A DNA stretch of 57,180 bases from a virus (Duplodnaviria > Caudoviricetes). Location of the stretch: IMG/VR virus record IMGVR_UViG_3300030107_003246, positions 1 through 57,180 of that record, one strand, 5' to 3'. Position numbers and translations under genes: made by a program. The notes beneath the pieces were generated by a model. It saw only the letters and a program-made list of their open reading frames with translations, ran no database searches and was not told the DNA's origin. Each line of letters begins with the position of its first letter. The stretch's first letter is position 1. Of this stretch, positions 47,871 to 56,149 are shown piece by piece.

Positions 47871-50295
47871 AGCTCCTTGGGAGGGCGAATTTATGAAACA
47901 GAGACAAGACCATATTAAAATAATTAAAGATCCTATTATTAGATGTATACACACTAATGATGAATATTTTACCTTATATGTAGAACAATATATAAAGAAT
48001 CAAAAAGGACAATTGTGTTTTTGGAATTCATATAGTCTAAATGGTATGAATGCATGGCATGGAAATTGGGTTCAATGGCACGCTGATTGGGTTTTTAAAG
48101 TGTATGGGTTAAATAAAGGTAAATATACTTTTTTAAAAAGATATGATTATGATTTAAAAGGTAAAAATGTACAAATAGTTTTAGATACAAAAGATTGGGA
48201 AGAAGCTGGTGAGTGGTTAGGTTATTGTAAGAAATTTCAAAAAGAAACTGGTTGTAAATTATTCATCGCATCAGATGAGTTTAATAGAGGACATTTTTCC
48301 AATCAAAATACAGACCAGATTATAAAATTTACAGAAACTTATAATAAAGGTGTAGAGACAATTGATGGCATAGGTGTACCACCTGATGAATATAGCAATT
48401 CACCGATACACGATTTATATGCTAGGTATGATATAGGTAGGTTTCCTTTGACTACTAGAAAGAAGTATGGATTTGAAAGAGACCAATGGAGAGTTGATGA
48501 TAAAGATAAAGAAAGTTCACATAACTCTATTACTTTTAAACAACAGAATAAATTACCTTTAGGTTTAATTGAAATGATGAATTTTACATTCGATGGTTGG
48601 AAAAATCCTGTGACTATTTCACAATCACAATTAGATGAATATTATGGTATAGTTGATAAAGATGTAGAAATAGAGGAAGCAACATCAGCTGACATAGTAA
48701 AACAAATACTTGGATTCAAAACAAAATATTGGGATGGTGTAGATTTAAAAAAAGAAGGACATAGAAAAATAAAAGGAGAATTTACTCAACACGAATTCTT
48801 TTCAGGTGGATTTCATAGTTGGGGTAAAGGAGAAAATGCCACACGAGTTGCTATACAAATATTGAGTTACAATAAACCTTACTATTTAAAAAGAACTTTA
48901 GATTCTTTAATGGAAGTTATAGAACACAATGATAAAATTTGTGTATTGGAACAATCTGATAAACCTGATTTGAAAGAACAAGCAATTGCTGTTTGTAAAG
49001 AATATGATAATATAACTATAATTTCTATTGATGAAAATTTAGGACAAAGAGGTGCAACAAATAAAGTTTGGGAAAGTGGATTTTTTGATAATTGCCAATA
49101 CATTATGTTTTCAGACCACGATAATGAATATCACGAACCATTAACTATACTTTGTGATAAATTAGATGAAGAAAATAATGTGACGATAGCAACATTTTAT
49201 AATTCACCCGAACACGACATTACACACAAAGATGGTAATTGGTTATACAAACAGACTGCTAGAGCTGGTAATATGATGATGAGGCGTGATGAATTAATTC
49301 AAATGCTACCAATTGATGTAGACTTATATTCAGAGACAAAAACAGATGAGGATTACTGTGCTTGGTTTGCAGGTTTAGATTGGTGGGTACAGTGGTGGCA
49401 CGATGAAAGTGGTGGTAAACAAAATAGAGATAATTTTGTAGCTTGTTATATGGGTGGTTGTACACATTTTGGAGTAGAATCAACTTGGCAAGGTAAATAT
49501 GATGATGAAATTCCACGACACGAATCACTTTTGATGAAAGATAAAACTATGGAACAGATAGTAAAAAAATATCCACCGAGAAGAGAGTATAATCACGGAA
49601 AAGAGTGGTGGTATGAAAAAGAAAAGCTTGATTTAAAAGATGTTACATTGGTAATAGTGGATTGTATAGATTATGAAAGAGCTTTAAGAGCTGTCAATAT
49701 TTCTACTATATATGCCAAATTTGGAGATGTTAAATTTTTTACATCTATGGATAAAGATAATGATGATATAGTAAAAATACCACATTGTCAATCTAATTTT
49801 GATGTTATACATTTTATGTGGAAGAAAATGAATTCATATATCAAAACTAAGTATATTTTACATATAGAATTTGATGGTTTTATTTTAAATCCAAAAGCTT
49901 GGAAAGATGAGTTTTTAAATTATGATTATATAGGTGCACCGTGGTGGTATGAAGAAAATAATGTTGGAAATGCTGGATTTAGTTTAATAAGTAAAAAAAT
50001 GTTAGACTTTATACAAAAAGATGATGTTATGGACTTATATCCATCAGATGATGACGCTATATGTAGAATTAATAGAAAATATTTAGAGGAAAACGGAATA
50101 AAATTTGCACCTGAAGAGTTAGCAGCTGATTTCTCTTTTGAGGCTAATGAAAAGCGTGGTGATAAGTGGGATGGACAGTTTGGATTTCACAGTCCATCAA
50201 TGGAAAATGAAAGACACCCTAATAAATTTAGAGGTGGTATAACAAATATTGATAATTGGCCTGATAAAGATAAGATTAGATGGCCGAATGGTTAA
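47851..50295 (+). CDS. Fusion: degenerate heptosyltransferase-like N-terminus, GT2 glycosyltransferase and DUF5672-like GT-A domain
   Basis: YDLKGKNVQI...CKLF resembles LDLKGKDVFI...CNIF of 39039; ILSYNKPYYLKRTLDSL and FSDHD (DxD); FDGFILNPKAW...YDYIGAPW...VGNAGFSL. Confidence 0.7.
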   Translation: MRRRPIRAPWEGEFMKQRQDHIKIIKDPIIRCIHTNDEYFTLYVEQYIKNQKGQLCFWNSYSLNGMNAWHGNWVQWHADWVFKVYGLNKGKYTFLKRYDYDLKGKNVQIVLDTKDWEEAGEWLGYCKKFQKETGCKLFIASDEFNRGHFSNQNTDQIIKFTETYNKGVETIDGIGVPPDEYSNSPIHDLYARYDIGRFPLTTRKKYGFERDQWRVDDKDKESSHNSITFKQQNKLPLGLIEMMNFTFDGWKNPVTISQSQLDEYYGIVDKDVEIEEATSADIVKQILGFKTKYWDGVDLKKEGHRKIKGEFTQHEFFSGGFHSWGKGENATRVAIQILSYNKPYYLKRTLDSLMEVIEHNDKICVLEQSDKPDLKEQAIAVCKEYDNITIISIDENLGQRGATNKVWESGFFDNCQYIMFSDHDNEYHEPLTILCDKLDEENNVTIATFYNSPEHDITHKDGNWLYKQTARAGNMMMRRDELIQMLPIDVDLYSETKTDEDYCAWFAGLDWWVQWWHDESGGKQNRDNFVACYMGGCTHFGVESTWQGKYDDEIPRHESLLMKDKTMEQIVKKYPPRREYNHGKEWWYEKEKLDLKDVTLVIVDCIDYERALRAVNISTIYAKFGDVKFFTSMDKDNDDIVKIPHCQSNFDVIHFMWKKMNSYIKTKYILHIEFDGFILNPKAWKDEFLNYDYIGAPWWYEENNVGNAGFSLISKKMLDFIQKDDVMDLYPSDDDAICRINRKYLEENGIKFAPEELAADFSFEANEKRGDKWDGQFGFHSPSMENERHPNKFRGGITNIDNWPDKDKIRWPNG

Positions 50296-50356
50296 AAAAA
50301 TAGATTTTCAGATATTTATCTGATATATATTAATATGAAAGTAATAGGAGTAAATA

Positions 50357-50662
50357 ATGAGTGAAATTAAGTTTACAGAGGAAGAGTTACAATCTCTTAG
50401 TGATTTAAGTAAAAAATACCAAGACATTCAACTTTTAATGGGGCAGGTTTCAGTACAGAAGCTTGTAAATACCCAACGAGCAGAAAAGATTGAAGAAAAT
50501 GAATTACAATTGCAAGCCGATTATGTTGAAGCTCAAGAAAAAGAACGTGAGTTAGTAGCACAATTGAATGAAAAATATGGAGCTGGTCAATTGAATCCAC
50601 AAACAGGTGTTTTTACGCCATCGCCTCCTCAAGAAACTCAAGAAATAAAAGCCGAAGAGTAA
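50357..50662 (+). CDS. Small coiled-coil protein upstream of tail sheath
   Basis: TAGGAG SD; KFTEEEL...KYGAGQLNPQTGVF; ATATTTAT at 50312. Confidence 0.65.
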   Translation: MSEIKFTEEELQSLSDLSKKYQDIQLLMGQVSVQKLVNTQRAEKIEENELQLQADYVEAQEKERELVAQLNEKYGAGQLNPQTGVFTPSPPQETQEIKAEE

Positions 50663-50702
50663 AAAAACTTACCAATCGGTTGTGTTTTGAGATTTTTAGC
50701 TT

Positions 50703-50711
50703 ATATTTATA
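50703..50711 (+). promoter_or_regulatory. Putative late promoter ATATTTATA
   Basis: Upstream of the sheath gene. Confidence 0.65.
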
Positions 50712-50756
50712 TATAATAAATTTCAATAATTTTTAAACCCTTTAAGGAGAAAACAC

Positions 50757-53264
50757 ATGGCAGAGAGAATAGTCAGTCCTGGTGTATTTACTCGTGAGAA
50801 AGATTTATCTTTTCTACCGCAAGGGATTTCTGAGATTGGAGCTGCTATTGTCGGACCTACTGCAAAAGGTCCTTCATTTGTACCTACAATAGTTAGAAGT
50901 TTTGAGCAATTTGAACAGGTATTTGGATCTTATAATAGTGATTACTATACACCTTATACTGTAAAAGAATATTTACGTTCCGCAGGAACTGTAACAATAG
51001 TAAGAGTTGGATATATCGGCGGTTATTCCGTAGGTGGATTCAATCTACTTATTAGTGGTTCGTCAGCGAACTATGGTGAGAATGGAAAATTAGTTGTAGC
51101 TTCATTTTTACCAGCAATCAATAATAGTAATGGAACGGGTGCTCTAAGTGGTTCTATCAAAGGTGCTACAAGCGCTAGTAATTTTACATTAGAATTAGCT
51201 GGTGCTAACGCAACTGCCAGTTTAACAAATCTTTCAATAATAACTAAAGGTTCTGCTACTGGAGAGAACGATGCTGTATCTGGTGATTACATTTTAAGGC
51301 AAGTTCCTTCAGATCCTAAAGCACAATCAATTGGTAGTACAGAAGCTCCAGGATATATGTATAAGTTTTTTGAAAGCTCTGTAAGTGCTTCATTTGCCGC
51401 AGGTATGATAGCTTCTGAGGGTATAACTGCAGGTAGATTGTTTACTGAAGATGCAACCTTTAATTTTGCTGGTGGAACAGAAACAGTTGATACATCTAAT
51501 GGTAATTATATTACTACAATTACAGGTAATTCAGACGCTTCTTCAGCTAGAACACCTTTTATTAATTCACAATTAATCGGTGGTAGTGGTACAAATCTGT
51601 TTAGAATTTATACAAGAGCAGATGGAAATGATACTAATCAGTTTTATGTTGTGATTAGAGATGTTAAGAGACCGCAAGGTTCTAATTCAAGTCCAAGTTA
51701 TGCACAATTTGGTTTGGCTGTATATCGAACAGGTGATGCCGCACCAATAGAAAGCTATACTGGACTTAATATGGATCCTGATTCATCTAATTACATAGTA
51801 AAAGTAATTGGTGATATGTTTCAAACTGTAAATAACAATGGTGAGATTACCACATATGGTGATTATCCTAATATGTCTCAATATATCAGAGTTGGTGATT
51901 ACAAAGAGGATGTATTTAGAAGTAATACTAACTTACAACCTATGGGTCACGCTGCTGTATTAGATCCTATTGTTTCTACAAACGTTGTACCAACAGCTTC
52001 ATTTGGATTAACACAAACCAGTGATGGTGATAATAGTAATACTGGAACATACAAAGAGTATCTTCCTTATGGTATTAAATTACATCCTGATTATCCTAAT
52101 AGTGAAATAACTACAAACTATGCTTATTTAGCACCAATTTCAAGTGGTGAAACGGCTGGTAGTAATGTTGATTTCGCTTTGGAGAATATGTTTGGATATG
52201 GTGATACTACATCATTTGAATACTCAAATAAAACCAATTTTGCTATAAACACACAAACTTTGACAATATCACAATCAGTTGAACAGTTAAAGTTTTCTGT
52301 TCCAATGCAACACGGTTTTGATGGTATTAATCCAGCTGCTTCAAAAGCTACAGGAACATCAATCTCATCTACAAATAGTATGGGATTTGATATGTCATCA
52401 ACAACTGCTAGTGGTTCAATTGCTTTCAAAAGAGCGATAAATGCCATATCTAATCCTGATGATTACGATATTAATATGCTCGTAACTCCAGGTGTGATAC
52501 ATAAACACCATTCAGTAGTTACTAATCACGCAATTGATAAAGTTGAAGAAAGAGCTGATGCTTTTTATGTATTAGATAGTGCTGACATAGACGATAATGT
52601 TGCTACAGCCGTTGATAATGTTGTATCTTTAGATACTAACTATGTAGCTACTTATTATCCGTGGGTTAAGATTGAAGATCCCGCTGGTCAAGGTCAAGTT
52701 TGGGTGCCACCATCAGTAGTAATACCTGGTGTGATTGCTTTCACAGATAGTGTAGCTCACGAATGGTTTGCTCCTGCTGGATTGAATAGAGGTGGATTAT
52801 CTAATGTTAGGATGACTAAGAAGAAACTTACTCATACTGATAGAGATACACTTTATGAGGGTAGAGTTAATCCGATTGCTTCATTTCCTGGTCAAGGAGT
52901 TGTGGTATTTGGACAAAAGACACTACAAGCTAAACCATCTGCACTTGATAGAATCAATGTTCGTAGACTATTAATTAGATTGAAGAAATTTATTGCTTCT
53001 TCAAGCAGATTCTTAGTATTTGAACAAAACGATTCATCTACAAGAGCTAGATTCTTAAATATAGTAAATCCGTTCTTAGAATCAGTACAATCCAATAGTG
53101 GATTAAGTGCTTTCAAAGTTGTGATGGATGATACAAACAATACACCTGATGTCGTTGATAGAAATCAGTTGATTGGACAGATATTCATACAACCTACGAG
53201 AACGGCAGAGTTTATTGTTTTGGACTTCTCAGTATTGCCAACAGGCGCTGCATTTCCAGAGTAA
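50757..53264 (+). CDS. Tail sheath protein
   Basis: SPGVFTREKDLS, YYPWV, WFAPAGLNRG, FGQKTLQ, LDRINVRRLL, FEQND, PTRTAEFI. Confidence 0.96.
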   Translation: MAERIVSPGVFTREKDLSFLPQGISEIGAAIVGPTAKGPSFVPTIVRSFEQFEQVFGSYNSDYYTPYTVKEYLRSAGTVTIVRVGYIGGYSVGGFNLLISGSSANYGENGKLVVASFLPAINNSNGTGALSGSIKGATSASNFTLELAGANATASLTNLSIITKGSATGENDAVSGDYILRQVPSDPKAQSIGSTEAPGYMYKFFESSVSASFAAGMIASEGITAGRLFTEDATFNFAGGTETVDTSNGNYITTITGNSDASSARTPFINSQLIGGSGTNLFRIYTRADGNDTNQFYVVIRDVKRPQGSNSSPSYAQFGLAVYRTGDAAPIESYTGLNMDPDSSNYIVKVIGDMFQTVNNNGEITTYGDYPNMSQYIRVGDYKEDVFRSNTNLQPMGHAAVLDPIVSTNVVPTASFGLTQTSDGDNSNTGTYKEYLPYGIKLHPDYPNSEITTNYAYLAPISSGETAGSNVDFALENMFGYGDTTSFEYSNKTNFAINTQTLTISQSVEQLKFSVPMQHGFDGINPAASKATGTSISSTNSMGFDMSSTTASGSIAFKRAINAISNPDDYDINMLVTPGVIHKHHSVVTNHAIDKVEERADAFYVLDSADIDDNVATAVDNVVSLDTNYVATYYPWVKIEDPAGQGQVWVPPSVVIPGVIAFTDSVAHEWFAPAGLNRGGLSNVRMTKKKLTHTDRDTLYEGRVNPIASFPGQGVVVFGQKTLQAKPSALDRINVRRLLIRLKKFIASSSRFLVFEQNDSSTRARFLNIVNPFLESVQSNSGLSAFKVVMDDTNNTPDVVDRNQLIGQIFIQPTRTAEFIVLDFSVLPTGAAFPE

Positions 53265-53287
53265 TTTTTAAACTCAATTATAATACG

Positions 53288-53314
53288 AAAAGCCCCACAT
53301 TAGTGGGGTTTTTT
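53288..53314 (+). terminator. Rho-independent terminator after sheath gene
   Basis: AAAAGCCCCAC-ATTA-GTGGGGTTTTTT. Confidence 0.9.
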
Positions 53315-53325
53315 GTTTTTGCTTG

Positions 53326-53460
53326 ATATTTATATAAGATGAATGGAAATTTGAATCGTCAATGACAGTAGTTCATCAATGTATTGGCATAAAAAAAGAT
53401 TCAATAAATAATAAACATATCTAATTTAAGTAGGACTTAAATTAAATTAGGAGAAACATA
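53326..53460 (+). promoter_or_regulatory. Late promoter plus structured leader RNA (possible pseudoknot)
   Basis: ATATTTATA at 53326. Stems TTGAATC/GATTCAA, GTCAAT/ATTGGC, GATGAAT/GTTCATC, and a perfect 10-bp TAATTTAAGT/ACTTAAATTA just before the SD. Confidence 0.5.
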
Positions 53461-54042
53461 ATGGGAACAAGAGGAAGTTTAGCCAAACTCAGTAGAGAGC
53501 TATATCCTGGTTTAGATGCAATCGATCAAAACTTAGTATCGTTAGATAATGCAAACACCTTTAGTAATAGTCAGACTGGTGGACAAGCGAGACCAATATC
53601 AGGTTCTTTAGCCATAGCTGCTGCTATGAATTTAGAAGCTAATAGACGCTATCACGTAACTGATACAGATGGTGCAACTTATCAATTGCCACATTCTAGT
53701 GGTTCACTAAATACAGGCGATGTAATAGAAGTATTCTACAACGCCATATTAGGTGACAGTGAAGTTCATAAGTTCGCTGCAGGTGGAGGTGAATTATTTG
53801 CGCCTTCGTCTAATGTATACAAATCAGGTAATGCAGCTGCTGGTAATGTTTTTGCATTAGTAGCTAAGCCCGATGGTGATTCAAATGACTTTTTGAACTT
53901 AACTGGTGCTTCAAATGGTGGTATTGGAATAGGTACTTATTTAAAGTGTCTGTTTGATGGTGCTAAATGGCACGTTGAGGGTCATATTATGAATAGCGGT
54001 AATGGTGGAGTTGCTGTAACAGCGGCTTTTGCTGATAGTTAA
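53461..54042 (+). CDS. Beta-rich virion decoration/fibre-like protein in its own transcription unit
   Basis: YQLP...GDVIEVF...FDGAKWHV beta-domain pattern; flanked by its own promoter and terminator. Confidence 0.5.
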   Translation: MGTRGSLAKLSRELYPGLDAIDQNLVSLDNANTFSNSQTGGQARPISGSLAIAAAMNLEANRRYHVTDTDGATYQLPHSSGSLNTGDVIEVFYNAILGDSEVHKFAAGGGELFAPSSNVYKSGNAAAGNVFALVAKPDGDSNDFLNLTGASNGGIGIGTYLKCLFDGAKWHVEGHIMNSGNGGVAVTAAFADS

Positions 54043-54065
54043 GGCAGTTAATCATAAAACAACTG

Positions 54066-54095
54066 AAAAGGGTGAGATTTTTCTCACCCTTTTTT
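54066..54095 (+). terminator. Rho-independent terminator
   Basis: AAAAGGGTGAGA-TTTT-TCTCACCCTTTTTT; nearly identical to the capsid terminator. Confidence 0.9.
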
Positions 54096-54166
54096 GTTTT
54101 CTATAAAACTATTAAAAAACTATGAAATATTTGACTAATATCCTGTATCGATTTTTTATTTTTTGA

Positions 54167-54175
54167 ATATTTATA
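54167..54175 (+). promoter_or_regulatory. Putative late promoter ATATTTATA
   Basis: Upstream of the tail tube gene. Confidence 0.65.
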
Positions 54176-54210
54176 TATGAAAGAATTAAACTTTAATTAG
54201 GAGAACTGTA

Positions 54211-54699
54211 ATGGCAGACTTAATAGATCCTTCAGAAATTATGTTCACTCCGTTTGAACCGAAAACGAAAAATCGGTTCATAATGTACATAGAAGGTGTT
54301 CCAGCATATTTGATTAAAACAGCAAACCGCCCTACTATAACTTTTGAAGAAATAGAATTAGATCACATAAACGTTAAACGATATGTGAAAGGAAAGGGAG
54401 CTTGGGAAACTTTAGAGGTTACTCTATACGATCCGATTGTACCATCAGGTGCACAAGCAGTTATGGAATGGGTTCGTTTACATAAAGAGTCTGTTACTGG
54501 TAGAGATGGATATTCCGATTTTTATAAAAAAGATATTACATTTAATGTATTAGGACCTGTTGGAGACAAAGTGGAAGAGTGGACACTTAAAGGTGCTATG
54601 ATACAATCAGCCAATTTTGGTGATTTAGATTGGTCAGTTAGTGAACCAGCAGAAATTACATTAACACTAAGATACGATTACGCTATCTTACAATTCTAA
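54211..54699 (+). CDS. Tail tube protein (gp19-like)
   Basis: FEPKTKNRFI, TLYDPIVPSGAQAVMEW, YKKDI, VEEWTLKGA, LTLRYDYA. Confidence 0.9.
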   Translation: MADLIDPSEIMFTPFEPKTKNRFIMYIEGVPAYLIKTANRPTITFEEIELDHINVKRYVKGKGAWETLEVTLYDPIVPSGAQAVMEWVRLHKESVTGRDGYSDFYKKDITFNVLGPVGDKVEEWTLKGAMIQSANFGDLDWSVSEPAEITLTLRYDYAILQF

Positions 54700-54711
54700 G
54701 AGGAGTTAAAT

Positions 54712-54921
54712 ATGGGTTTTATTCAAGAAATGCTCTCTAGCGATGCAAAAATATCTTCAAAACGAACAGTCGGTTTTGCCGCTTTCATTATGTTGATTGC
54801 AAGTTGGGGGGCTGATACTTTTTCATCTTTTGAAGTCAAAGATAAAATACTAGAATGTTTTATGTACATTTCAGTAGTTGGATTAGGAGTTACAGCCGCC
54901 GAAAAATTTGGTAAAAAATAG
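54712..54921 (+). CDS. Small two-TM protein, holin-like
   Basis: SSKR followed by two hydrophobic helices and a basic C-terminus; GAGGAG SD. Confidence 0.5.
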   Translation: MGFIQEMLSSDAKISSKRTVGFAAFIMLIASWGADTFSSFEVKDKILECFMYISVVGLGVTAAEKFGKK

Positions 54922-54952
54922 TTATAGTTTTAAAAAATCATAGGAGTCAATT

Positions 54953-55699
54953 ATGGCAGAATATAAATTCCCTACAGAAGTAGTGGATCTGCCGTCAAAA
55001 GGATTATTATATCCAAAAGATAGCCCGCTATCTTCTGGTCAAATAGAAATCAAATATATGACGGCTAAAGAAGAGGATATTCTTACATCCGCTAATCTTA
55101 TTAAAAAGGGTATAGTTGTTGAGAAGTTAATAGAGGCTTTGATAGTAGATAAGTCAATTAAATCAAATGAATTGTTAATTGGAGATAAAAATGCTGTTCT
55201 CATCGCATCTCGTATTCTTGCGTATGGTAAAGAGTATGAAGTAGAAATAGCTGGTCAAAGAGTAGAGGTTGATTTAACACAATTAAGCGATAATAAATTA
55301 GATGAGAGTTTAGTCGTAGATGGTAAAAATGAATTTGAATTTGAATTGCCAGCAACCAAAAGAAAGCTAACATTTAAATTACTTACATCAGGTGATGAAA
55401 AAGAGATAGAAAAAGAAATTGAGGGGTATAGAAAAGTTGGAGATGGCATTGGTTATGATTTAACTACACGACTGAAAAGTCAAATAATTTCAGTTGATGG
55501 TGACGATAAAAAAACTACAATAAATAATTTTGTAGATAATGAATTTTTATCGAGAGATTCAATAGCTTTTAGAGAATATTTAAATAAAATATCGCCAGAT
55601 GTGGATATGACATCTACATACATAGATTCAGATGGAATTGAGAAGGAGTTTACGGTCCCTATGACCGTTACGTTTCTTTGGCCTGCCGCCGGAGTATAA
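54953..55699 (+). CDS. Baseplate hub / tail assembly chaperone (gp26-like)
   Basis: VDLPSKG, YMTAKEEDIL, DKNAVLIASRILAYG, FELP, C-terminal FLWP. Confidence 0.8.
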   Translation: MAEYKFPTEVVDLPSKGLLYPKDSPLSSGQIEIKYMTAKEEDILTSANLIKKGIVVEKLIEALIVDKSIKSNELLIGDKNAVLIASRILAYGKEYEVEIAGQRVEVDLTQLSDNKLDESLVVDGKNEFEFELPATKRKLTFKLLTSGDEKEIEKEIEGYRKVGDGIGYDLTTRLKSQIISVDGDDKKTTINNFVDNEFLSRDSIAFREYLNKISPDVDMTSTYIDSDGIEKEFTVPMTVTFLWPAAGV

Positions 55700-55898
55700 A
55701 CCACAACTACACGAAGAAATATTTCAAATAAGCTTTAACTCACAGAGTATGTTCTCATTTTCTGAGGTATACAACATGCCTATATATCTTAGAAAGTTTT
55801 ACTTTAAAAGGTTACAAAAACATTACAAAGAACAAGCTGAAGAGATAAAAAAAGCTAACCAAAAAAATAAAAGTAAGCACCCAAATTTCAGAAAATAA
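55674..55898 (+). CDS. Unannotated +1-frame extension of the chaperone (gp51-like / GT-type segment)
   Basis: Open from 55665 to TAA at 55898: FFGLPPEYKPQLHEEIFQISFNSQSMFSFSEVYNMPIYLRKFYFKRLQKHYKEQAEEIKK; no SD-led start at its 5' end. Confidence 0.7.
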   Translation, partial: FFGLPPEYKPQLHEEIFQISFNSQSMFSFSEVYNMPIYLRKFYFKRLQKHYKEQAEEIKKANQKNKSKHPNFRK

Positions 55899-55956
55899 CA
55901 TAGTTTGATATTTATTATTGAACCAATCCACACAAAAAACCTTATGGAGAATCGAA

Positions 55957-56148
55957 ATGGGTTTATTAGATAAACTTGTAGATAAAATTATCGACAGTGC
56001 TAAAAAGAAAAAACAAAGCGCTTCTGTAAAGAGGGCTATTAAAAATAATCCTGCATTAAAAAAAGCTATGGACAATCATCAAAAAGCAGTTGATGTATTA
56101 AAAGTCAAAGTAGCTCAAATGGCAAAAGAAAAAGGTATAAAACTCTAA
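55957..56148 (+). CDS. Small basic helical protein before tape measure
   Basis: ATG at 55957 after GGAG; promoter motif ATATTTAT at 55908. Confidence 0.6.
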   Translation: MGLLDKLVDKIIDSAKKKKQSASVKRAIKNNPALKKAMDNHQKAVDVLKVKVAQMAKEKGIKL

Positions 56149-56149
56149 A

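Noticed and set aside
36259-50295. Cluster as a DNA hypermodification pathway
   Set aside because: Not excluded, but disfavoured: it sits in the late structural module, its lead GT is of a protein-acceptor family, and no nucleotide-handling or replication genes are adjacent.
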